A stretch of 64,000 bases of DNA from Ophelia neglecta (taxonomy: Eukaryota), in NCBI GenBank assembly GCA_965285935.1, contig OZ260661.1, positions 82,398,001 through 82,462,000 of the forward strand. Reading direction: 5' to 3'. Under the pieces are notes generated by a model. The model did no database searches, was not told the origin of the DNA, and worked only from the letters and a program-made list of their open reading frames with translations. Below, piece by piece: positions 1 through 9,067 of this stretch. Numbering within the stretch: the first letter of the stretch is position 1; each line of letters starts with the position of its first letter. The position numbers were made by a program, and so were the translations under genes.

Positions 1-404
1 ACTTGGTAAAGCTTGAAACTGATCTTGTCAACGCGACCAGGGTACAAGGCATCTGTCTTTAAACACTCTCCTTCCCTAATTCCTAGACTAAAGACCATTG
101 ATTGGTCGGTTTAATATCATACTCTCAACCATTGTCTCACCTGATCACTTGATAAGTATGCTAAATATCATATTGTCAGACAATTTCAGTCATTGTCCCA
201 CCTCAATCCAAACATCACACTGATCAATGGGACTTTCAAAACTACCAAACTAACAAAGCAGTCTCAACTATCTGTTTTAAGTTCCAGCATGGAAATAAAA
301 ATAGATTTGGAAATTCTAAGATCAGTTAGTTAAATTAATTAAGTTTTTCTTTAAAAGGGTTCTAATGGTAAATTTATATATAAATATTTATTATTGTATT
401 CACA

Positions 405-556
405 AATGTATTCAGGAATATGAATACATTTGAAATGTATTCGAATACGAATACGAATACATTGGCTTTTTTCAGAATGTATTCGAATACGAATACAGCA
501 TTTTTGTATTCGAATACATTTGAATATGAATACTGAATACGAATACCCCATGTCTG
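405..556 (-). mobile_element. Terminal end of a DNA transposon/MITE (hAT-like), with subterminal GTATTCGAATAC repeats
   Basis: Dense tandem and palindromic ATTCGAATAC/GTATTC motifs end at CCCATGTCTG (547-556), which reads CAGACATGGG on the - strand, a CAG-start TIR-like end. It abuts GC-richer coding sequence at 557. Confidence 0.55.
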
Positions 557-1880
557 CCACAGCCACATCAGCGGCCAAGCAGACTATCCAGTCTCAAGAG
601 GCCAGAAAGCGGCCCACACGCATCAGGCGCCCTCCGGCCAGGCTGGTTAGCGATGTCAGCACTTCATCGCCAACACCTGGAACATCGACAGGTGGTCACT
701 CCCCTTCCTACACAGACACACAGGCCATGATGCAGACTATGATGCAGATACAGACAGACCTTTTCAAGCAACAGGAACTAATGAACGGTCACATCCAAGG
801 ACTCCTACAAGCGGTAACAAACATGGCGCAGCAGACCCAGGGTCGCCCGGCTTCACCAGACCAGCAGGCGCATGACGCTCACGCTACATCTGGGGATGGC
901 TCACAAGAGGCGGACATCCCCTTCACTGGCACGGACATGCCAGACCATCTCCCTTCTCCCATGGTCTACCAGGAACAGGGCCAGCACCTTCAGATCCAAA
1001 GTGTGACACCTCCCACCCAATCAGTCCAGCAGCACAAGACCCACCACACCGGTCCTCAAGAATTCACTGCCGTCCCCATTGTGCCAGCTGGACATTTACC
1101 AGTTACAGCTGCAGGTATGACTGTAGGTAGCGATGTAGACATGTCCTTAAGACAAAAGATTTGGCAGCACAAATATATTGATTTATCTGAATTGTTGTAT
1201 CCCCACACCTCCAGTTCGTATTCCCTCCAGGTTAGCCTGACCCCCAAAAAGTCTGAATGGGGCGATGCCATGCACATTTTCATGGCCGTGTACGTTCAAT
1301 GCCATCATGGTCAACTACTAGTACATGAGCTGCTCACCTAAATCACATACATAAAGGACCTTCAGAAACACTCCGTAAACTGGAAGCTTTATGACCAGAA
1401 ATTCTGATTGGACAGAGAACATTCTCACTGTTCGTGGGCCCTGGTCAGGCAAGATCTTGAGCTACGGGCCTTTCGGCCAACACCCTCAGCCAATACTTCC
1501 TCTGCCCAAGCTCCGGATACCCACACGCCTGACGCAAAGGTCCCCCCGGTTTCTGCTTCCTCTTCCACAGGAGAGGTGTCCGCTGCACCAATGAGACCTG
1601 CAGCTTCAAGCACACCTGCCCCCATTGCTCGCGACGTCACCCCATGTACCTCCAATGTGGTAACAGAAAACACACCCAATATGGCCAGTCCCAGCAACAA
1701 TCTGCCCAGCCTCCCAACTCCAATAAAAATAGAGGCACTGGCCCACCTCCTAAAAAGGGCATAACGATGCTGACTACCTCCTACAAGGTTTCAAAGAGGC
1801 CTTTGATATAGATTTTTTAGGCACGGAGGGGACCTTACACTCTAAAAACTCGCGATCCGTTCTCGATCATCCACAAATAG
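557..1880 (+). mobile_element. Decayed DIRS/Ngaro-type (tyrosine-recombinase) retrotransposon: ORF1 (gag-like) plus start of overlapping ORF2 (RT)
   Basis: ORF1 motifs LRQKIWQHKYIDLSELL, EWGDAMHIFMAVY and WKLYDQKF*LDR. After a frameshift comes the Cys/His cluster CFLFHRRGVRCTNETCSFKHTCPHCSRRHPMYLQC. An overlapping frame reads LPTPIKIEALAHLLK/GHNDADYLLQGFKEAFDIDF..SKNSRSVLDHPQI, typical of the N-terminus of DIRS RT ORFs. Stops at 1339 and 1405. Confidence 0.75.
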
Positions 1881-2432
1881 ATTCATGCTATCGACCCTGA
1901 ATATAAGGTAATCTCACGCAACCATCTGCTGGAGAAAAACATTGTGCCGATATATAATGTGGCCCGTGAGGAAGTGAAGGCAGACATCGCCAAGGCACCA
2001 TCCCATAGTTTTACAACAGATGCTTGGCCCGCCAGCACCATGCAGACCTTTGTGACAACCACATCCCATTACATGGACCTAACTACTTTTGAACTAAAAT
2101 GTAATGTGTTAGATATACACTGTGTGACAGGACAGCATAAAGGAGAGAGGTTGGCGAGTGAGATGGAACTTAGTGAGAAAAAATGGTGCTTAAAAGATGT
2201 GAAAGGAGTGAGTGACAATGCTGCCAATATTCAGAGTGCCTTCAATATCCATGATGTTCCTCCTCTTGGATGATTTGCTCACACTATTAATCTAGCTGTA
2301 AGTAAAGGCTTAGAAGAATCTGCTGTAAAGAGGTTGTTGGGTAAAGCACGGAGTCTGGTTTCCACATTCAAGCACAGTTACATCCGTACCCAAGATCTTC
2401 ATGAGAAGGAAAAACTCCTGGACCTAAAGGTA
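1881..2432 (+). mobile_element. hAT (ZBED1/Ac-like) transposase fragment, pseudogenised
   Basis: IDPEYKVISRNHL..IVPIYN, SFTTDAW (first catalytic D), FVTTTSHY, VSDNAANI (second D), LG*FAHTINLAV (CxxH motif with Cys changed to TGA at 2271), LLGKARSLVSTFKHS. Confidence 0.85.
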
Positions 2433-2532
2433 CCGCTGACATGGCACAATTACATGTCTAATATTAACTTGTATTGTTTTTTGCATTGTATTCCTGCATC
2501 TCCAATGCACTATCCAATAATGTATTAGTTTT

Positions 2533-2696
2533 ATCCTGGCCAGGCACCGGGCGATGGTTTCGGTCTTGATGGAGACTCGAGTGCCTCGGACACCAACACT
2601 GAAGATAGCGGAGGTGTTGGCATGAGTGCCACGCTGCCAAGACGCAGTGTCCGGACACGTCGAGCTCCAGCGCACCTAAGAAACTATGTTGTTTAA
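2533..2696 (+). mobile_element. C-terminal tail of an LTR-retrotransposon/Ginger-type integrase ORF (fragment)
   Basis: The frame ends ...LPRRSVRTRRAPAHLRNYVV*, matching the RRSxRxRxxPxxLxdYV motif found at the end of many Gypsy/Ginger integrases. Confidence 0.45.
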
Positions 2697-2734
2697 AAAT
2701 GTAGTGGAATTAGATGGTAATTAATAAATGTTGC

Positions 2735-2850
2735 AAGCTGGCTCGCTTGGCTTTGCTTGCTTGGATGAGGTTTTGTTTGCTTGTTTGCTTATGTTTTGCT
2801 TGCTTGGTTGCTTACGCTTTGCTTGCATGGTTGCTTACGCTTTGCTTGTA
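2735..2850 (+). repeat. Degenerate (GCTT)n microsatellite
   Basis: Repeated gcttgctt/gctttgctt units, visible directly. Confidence 0.8.
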
Positions 2851-2878
2851 TGAATATGGTGTTTTCTTTTGTAGGAAG

Positions 2879-3472
2879 ATGATTTGTTACGACTGCAATT
2901 AGGAGGTAGGCTCCAAAGTGGACTTATTTTGGTACAAACGGCATGTGCACAACAAACAGGGTGGCCTAAAGAGGAAGAGGGACGAGGCCCAGGAGAACCT
3001 TTTTCCATGTGTGATGAGGCAGTGCCAAAGGAGAATGGGCAACCGGTTAGAGGTGTTGGTCCATGCCAAGGAACATGGGTTGTCGGAGAGCTTGGCCTTG
3101 GCAGAGGACCAGCAGACTGTCCCAGTGGCACCTCTACGATACACGCCAGTGGTTGAGCCAGTAACGCCTCCGCAGAAGACCCCGGTCCCGGCCTTTGCTA
3201 GTGGAGTGGCCACTGCACAGTTCTCCTCGGCTGCAGCACCAACGCCGCCTCCTCCCACTGCCACGACACTCCCCGTCACCCTAAGGGCCCCCCTGGTGCC
3301 AGTGGCATCCGGCTGGGCAGCGACACCCCTACCGGCGGCGACTCCCTTGCCTGCGATGCCGCAGGCTGACCTGCTGGTGGAGGCATGCAGGGCGGTGTTC
3401 GTCGAATCACACCTGGCCGACCAGCAGGGAACGGAGATGATCTCGCTGGGGTTTCCGCCCACAAACTTTTGA
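2879..3472 (+). pseudogene. Disabled double C2H2 zinc-finger ORF with Pro/Ala/Thr-rich tail
   Basis: One frame reads MICYDCN*EVGSKVDLFWYKRHVH (degenerate finger, TAG at 2900) then FPCVMRQCQRRMGNRLEVLVHAKEH (exact C-x4-C-x12-H-x3-H), with an NLS-like LKRKRD between them. A ttttgtag acceptor lies at 2874. Confidence 0.6.
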
Positions 3473-4162
3473 GTCATGATTTGATTAGAAGCGCCCCTAA
3501 CGAAATGTGACGTCCGCATTTGGAACATTTTTTTCAAGTCACAATAAGTCATTTCTCCGTTGTATGTGCCACTTCGAATTGTAGTGCCTTCGGGACATTT
3601 GATTAAACTACCTTAGTCAAAGCGGAATGTAAATAGTTAGTTTAGTATGTGTATTTAACCAAGAGTCTGTTTGGGTCTATGTTGGTTTGCATGTGTGGGA
3701 TTGCCGTAAACAATCCCTTGTGTGTTTTGATGGCTTGCATGGCTTGCTGCATAACTTAATTGTTGGTCAGCCCCTTCTAGTGATGAAATAGGTGCTGATT
3801 AATGCCACAACTTTGCCAGGAATGGGAGAATGGACATCACATCATGGACGCCCAAGATGAATGACCGAAAGTCCCCAACCTGGTGGTTGGAAGAGAAAAA
3901 TTCTTTCTATTTTATGTAAACAATTCTGTAATCTTAGTTAATGTTAAATTAATGATGTATTGGATTATTACAATTTGATTGGAATGTCTCAAAGCATATA
4001 TTATTGGCTTAGGCACTAAATTGTGCCTTATTTGGGGTATAAGCCGGCCCATTTTGTTGTTTTTGGGACATAGGTTGATGGCTGACAAAATTACATTCGA
4101 TAAATCAAATTTCATAAAAATAAGATAGTATATGTCATTATGGCAATTATTGTTTGTTTTAG

Positions 4163-4791
4163 GCCCCCACGAACACCCTCCCCCCCCCCCAACATTAACA
4201 AACCACCTCGGCGCACCCCCCCCCCCCCCCCCCGACGACGACGATATCCACATGCCAGCTCCTTGGCCCCAAGGAGCCCATACATTTCGAGATGATGGGG
4301 CTCTTTGCCCATATCAGGGCACGAAATTGCCGCTATCCCGTTGGCCCGGGACAAGCTATTTTCGCGCAGGGCAAGCTGATCAGTTACTTAATTTGTCCGC
4401 CGGGCTAATACAGCAGCGGGGGCCAGTTACTGGGTTAAATTTCGGGCAAGTTATTGTTTTCCGAGGCAAGCATTTACCGCTGGACACCATTTTTGACTGG
4501 GTGAAAGTTAGGCAGGTCGCTGCATGTATGACAGTATCGCAGCAAAAGCATTGCAACTGAAGCCTAGTCACCGGCGCCATCCCTCCCCAGCTGTGGCAAC
4601 AGGAACAGCAGCAGCAGGGACCCATGGGAGCCCCTGCTGCTGCTGTTCCTGTTGCCACTGCTGGGGAGGAGGAGATGCAAACAGATTCTCAATCTGACGA
4701 TGAAGAATATTATTCTGAAAGCTCTGACTTTGAGGGGGAGGAAGTGGCCTTCACCCAATTTACTTCCTGTCATGTAAACTTCGAAATATAA
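4163..4791 (+). pseudogene. Spliced terminal exon/ORF with one in-frame TGA; Pro-rich start, possible Bro-N-like domain, acidic tail
   Basis: Acceptor ttgttttag at 4162. The ORF 4132-4560 continues in frame past TGA (4558) as SLVTGAIPPQLW...DSQSDDEEYYSESSDFEGEE to TAA at 4789-4791, followed immediately by AATAAA (4791-4796). Confidence 0.45.
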
Positions 4792-4893
4792 ATAAATTTG
4801 AATGTGATGGTAGTTTTTAAACTTTTATATTATATGCCTTATTTTATGATTTAGAATATTAAAGATATCTAGCATATTTGGGTCAAATTAATT

Positions 4894-5035
4894 TAGGGCA
4901 ACTAGATTTTCAGTTGGGCAAGTTTGTTTACATGTAACTAGCCCCTGGGCAAGCAAATTTGGGGGAAGTCAAGTTAAAAAGTTTATTTACTTGCCCAGAG
5001 GGCAAGTTGTAAATTTCAATTAGCTTCATGCCCTG
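4894..5035. mobile_element. MITE/DNA-transposon end with GGGCAA/TTGCCC subterminal repeats
   Basis: Multiple gggcaa(g) and cttgccc motifs end at catgccctg (CAGGGCATG on the - strand). Confidence 0.45.
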
Positions 5036-5201
5036 CATAAGTTATTTCCTTCGACATTATCTCTATAAGGCTTATGTAGTTGCCTTTCATAAGACCTATA
5101 ATAGCATGCATTGGTCACCTTGATAGTGACCAATTATAATCAAACATCATAATGATGTTTGATTATAAATACATCCATATCAATTTTACACAATGTTGCA
5201 G

Positions 5202-6476
5202 TTGATGTGCTAGGCCTGAGAACAAACCATGTAGATGAAAAATTTCCAAGACGTCTTGAAAATGTTAATCAATCATTGAACGTGGCCGCCAATAGTGACA
5301 TTAATGATTCTAACATTAATGATTCTGAAAATGAAGAGGACACTCTCAGTACTAAGTGGGTAAGGCATTACAGTTAATTAATGTTTAAATTTTCAGAATT
5401 GATATTGGTGGTGTGCACATTTTTATTTAAAAAGATTTAACACAGAATATAATTTTCCAAACAGCACCTGTTTAATTTGTATTAAAAAAAGTTCAAGAGC
5501 CAGAGTATCCGAAGGAAAATGAAATAATTGTACCCTTTTTTTTCTCCAGATTATGCAGGGGGCAAGCAGCTCCCCTCCTGTGAGGTTTCAGAAGCTGTTG
5601 CCAAGCGGAAAAGTCTGTGTAAAGGCTACTTGGATTAAACACATACTGGCTAAGAAGAGTACCCCAAAACAAAAAGTGAAGAAATTATTTTTAGGTTTGG
5701 TTGAAGGCCATTGGGAAGAAATCAAACCTTTCGCCTCCGGTACAAAGCAGCTTAAAAAATCTACAAGTTTTGGACAAGTATTCAAAGAACTAGAAGGTAA
5801 TTTTATTCTGTTTGTCTGAAAATATGGAAATGGAGTTCTAATTGCTGTCTTAAACAAATGTTTTAATTAATTAATCATTAGAGTAATTCAAAAGTCACAT
5901 ATCCTAGTGTGTTTCTACCATTCCTCAAAGAAAGTAAAAATTGCTACTCCTATGATCAGGTCTGAATGATTATTTCCTTGATGATTTTTTGTTTGGTCTT
6001 CTTTTTAGGTAATGTAATGTAATGTAACACTGGTTCAATTCATTGCAGAATTCGCTAGCACTGAGTTCAGTGTAAAAAGGTAAAAAATTAAGATATCATT
6101 CTTAGCAGATGAAAAGTTTTCAGGGATTTCTTTTTTACAATTAGTCATTGACAAGCTTTTGTGTATTACACACTGGAAAAAAGAAAGAAAGCATTGCAAG
6201 CTTTGTACATTGCGAGTCTCTTGACGAAGGATAAATATATATGAAGCCTGTATCTGTGCGTACCTGAAATACTTCAAAAGAAATATTGTGCTCTGTATGG
6301 CAGGACATTCTTTAGTGATTTGCTTCATTTTAAGCATATTCCTATCCTATTAATTGCAGCCTTGACATGATTATTTTGTTTTTTCTTCTTCAGATGAACC
6401 AAAATACAGCCTATTTAGGTCTGAAAAAATTGAGCCTGTAGAAGCTCCTTTGCAGGCATTGGAGAATTGCCAATAA
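5202..6476 (+). CDS. 3' exons of an unknown, possibly element-borne gene (BEN-domain-like helical segment)
   Basis: Phase-compatible GT-AG exons 5202-5359, 5550-5796 and 6394-6476 translate without stops to ...EEDTLSTKW|IMQG...KKSTPKQKVKKLFLGLVEG...VFKELE|DEPKYSLFRSEKIEPVEAPLQALENCQ*. No 5' exon was found. Confidence 0.45.
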
Positions 6477-6949
6477 GGTATTATTGAACAACTTAAATTT
6501 TCTGTCTTGTAATTGTTATTATTTCATGATCATTGTGTATTGGCCTGTTGAATGGATTTCTTGACTGGCCTCATATCTTCAACAAATTGCATCTGTTCTG
6601 TACAAAGTAGCCGCTCCAATATCGTATATCGCAAATCACCCGCTATATCGGAATTTGCCCGGGCAATACCACCAGACAGCTATCGGCGTATGCTGTGGAA
6701 GTTGGCAGTGTCTAGCTTCCCAAGTCTCCGCGCTGATGGAGCCGAGAGTTTCCGAGCCGGTCCTATATCAGGCAGTTGGCAGCTGACCAAAAGTGTCAAG
6801 ATGTCGTCTGTCAGGACTGAGAGCACATTAGCTCCCAATGCAGATCCCAATGATTCAACAAATAATCGTGCGAATGAGACAAAATTGGCTCCCGCCGATT
6901 CCGCCAGTAGGTGATACACAATGATCATAAAATAAATTGTTTATTGCAT

Positions 6950-7068
6950 GGCCAATATCATATAGTCCCTCATATAAGCCAAGCTGACTAGATATTTTCC
7001 CTCGTCTAAAGACTCTGGGAAAATATCTAGTGAGCTGGGCTGATACTCGGGCCTATATGTTATTGGCC
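6950..7068. repeat. Long inverted repeat/hairpin (52-bp arms, 15-nt loop), probably the end of a non-autonomous element spanning about 6600-7080
   Basis: Arm 6950-7001 matches the reverse complement of 7017-7068 at 44/52 positions; loop tcgtctaaagactct. Confidence 0.85.
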
Positions 7069-7108
7069 TTGTAATACGATCTACATATATCAAAATACTG
7101 TTTCTTAA

Positions 7109-7590
7109 TAAGGGCTATTCCATTTTTTAATTGGGGGGGGGGGCGGACTGATCTTTTTTTGACCCCCCCCCCCCTAGTGCCAATTTATCCTGACCTCCCC
7201 CCCCCTAGTTTTCATTTCCTTCCAACCCCTTAAAAAACACCCAAAATATTGTTTGCGCTAAGCGCACCTCTAGTTTTCACTTCCTTCAACCCCCCCCCCC
7301 CCTGGTGGTCATTAATAAAACGAACTGACCCCCCTGGTGATCATTAAAAAACACCCAAAAAGTTTTTCGTGCTATGCGCACCCCTAGTTTTCATTTCTTT
7401 TCGACCCCCCCCCCCCCTGGTGATCATTAAAAAATACCCCAAAAAAATTTCGAGCTACGCGCGAAACCACCCCCTGGTGATCATTTCAAACTCTTTACCA
7501 CCACCCCCCCCCCCCTAGTGCAAATTAATCTGGACCTCGCCCTTAGTGCCAATTCTCCCCCCCCCCCCCTAGTGATAATTATTTTTAGTT
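7109..7590. repeat. C-tract-rich MITE-like repeat
   Basis: Starts AGGGCTATTCCA, followed by repeated (C)n-TAGT/(C)n-TGGTGATCATTAA units. A related terminus TGAAATAGCCCT occurs at about 19115-19126. Confidence 0.55.
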
Positions 7591-7789
7591 AGGAGCCTAG
7601 AAGTACATTGGGAACCTAGAGGAAAAAAATTTAAGGGATCCCATGACTTATTAAAGATATTAAGTACTGATTTGCCAATTTAATGTACCATTTTTATACA
7701 GGTCCAATTAAATTCATTATTTCAATCTGTATTTCTGTCTTTTTTACTGTGATTTTTTTTACAGGAATTGGATCCCTACTTTTGATAGA

Positions 7790-7995
7790 GAAGTAGAAGT
7801 TCTACTATCTGAAAGTGGAAGTTCTACTTTCGGAAAATAGAATTTCTACATTCAGAAAAGTAGAACTTCTACTTTCCGAAAGTAGAAGTTCTACTTTTCG
7901 AAAATAGAAGTTCAATTTTCCGAAAGTAGAACTTCTACTTTTGTTTCAAAAGTAGAAGTTCTACTATAGTTCCAGTCCAAAGTAGTAGTTCTACT
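7790..7995. repeat. Tandem array of ~22-bp palindromic units (GAAAGTAGAAgTTCTACTTTC)
   Basis: About 9 adjacent imperfect self-complementary units; degenerate copies continue to about 8175. Confidence 0.85.
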
Positions 7996-8699
7996 ATTAG
8001 TAATTAATAAAACTAGAAATATATATATACTGCAACATGCTCAGCCTACCAATTTTGTTGAATTTCTACTTTTCCAGATTTCAATAAAAGTTCTACTAGC
8101 TCATTTGCATGTGAAATTTTCTACTTTTATTTTATAGAAGTTCAATTGAACTTCTATAGAAGTTCTACTTTATATTTTTGTTTGGTTTATCATGAAATAT
8201 AAACTGAAGGTTATAAGAGATTAAAGTTGCTAAAGCAAAGATTAATTAACAAATGTTAATTAATCTTTAAACTAATTATATTCCTATGGTCTATTGGGGT
8301 GAGGGGTGGGCATCTTTACCCATGTATTATTGGGGAATGCTGGACTTGACCTGGTAACTCCATTATGCAACTCTGTTAATCATCCAATAACACATGTCAT
8401 CCTAGTTATAACACCTGGACATATTTCAACAGATAAAACTTTGCTCATTTAACAATGATATATAGTATTAGTAGCCTTATCAACAATGGCATGGCAGACT
8501 GCAAAATACACATGCCCAGCAAACCGTCATCAATTCACACAATTGTGCTAACATAGCCAGTGTTTGGAGACAATAAAACGGATCAAATCCCTCTACACAC
8601 TGATACCATTTGCTGATGCCTACAACGCTGTTCATACGTATGAGATTCCACTGACCGTCAGTTGGCACCGTCATTATCACCAGGGATCACACATGTGCA

Positions 8700-9067
8700 C
8701 ATGAATAGCTCGCAAGAGGCGCCGCTTTGAGCTCGCTATAACGTGATAACTACTCGCGTTTGACCGATAAATGGGCTTGAAGGACTCTGGTCGCTAACCG
8801 TGAAAAACTAAGTCATTAAAAGTTGACACAGAAAGGAAGTGATTATAAGTTACCTACCGTGAGCACGCAGGGTGCGGAGCAGACAGCAATCGACCAGCTG
8901 AGCTGGGACGACCCAAATAATGAACAGCGCGACTGTACTCTTTTCAGTGAAACTTGAAGAGAGCTACTCACGCGACTACTTTGGTACACCGGCCATAATG
9001 GTAAAAGTGACAGTCCTTTACCAGTTGAATGATCTCTGATTTTGAAATATACGTTGTCTTATGAGAG
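8700..9067 (+). promoter_or_regulatory. CpG-enriched promoter/5' leader of the TPR-pseudohelicase gene
   Basis: Local CpG enrichment directly upstream of ATG 9068; ETS-like AGGAAGTG at about 8834-8841. Confidence 0.45.

Noticed and set aside
351-578. CIRIRIRIH / VFVFEY ORFs
   Set aside because: Artefacts of the ATTCGAATAC repeat.
2899-3552. 217-aa minus-strand ORF
   Set aside because: Antisense shadow of the GC-rich zinc-finger/Pro-rich ORF.
4558-4560. In-frame TGA as selenocysteine or programmed readthrough
   Set aside because: No SECIS-like hairpin is evident, AATAAA follows the next stop directly, and CGA->TGA decay in a TE-rich region is simpler.
7790-7995. Palindromic repeats as a CRISPR array
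   Set aside because: Units are directly adjacent with no unique spacers.
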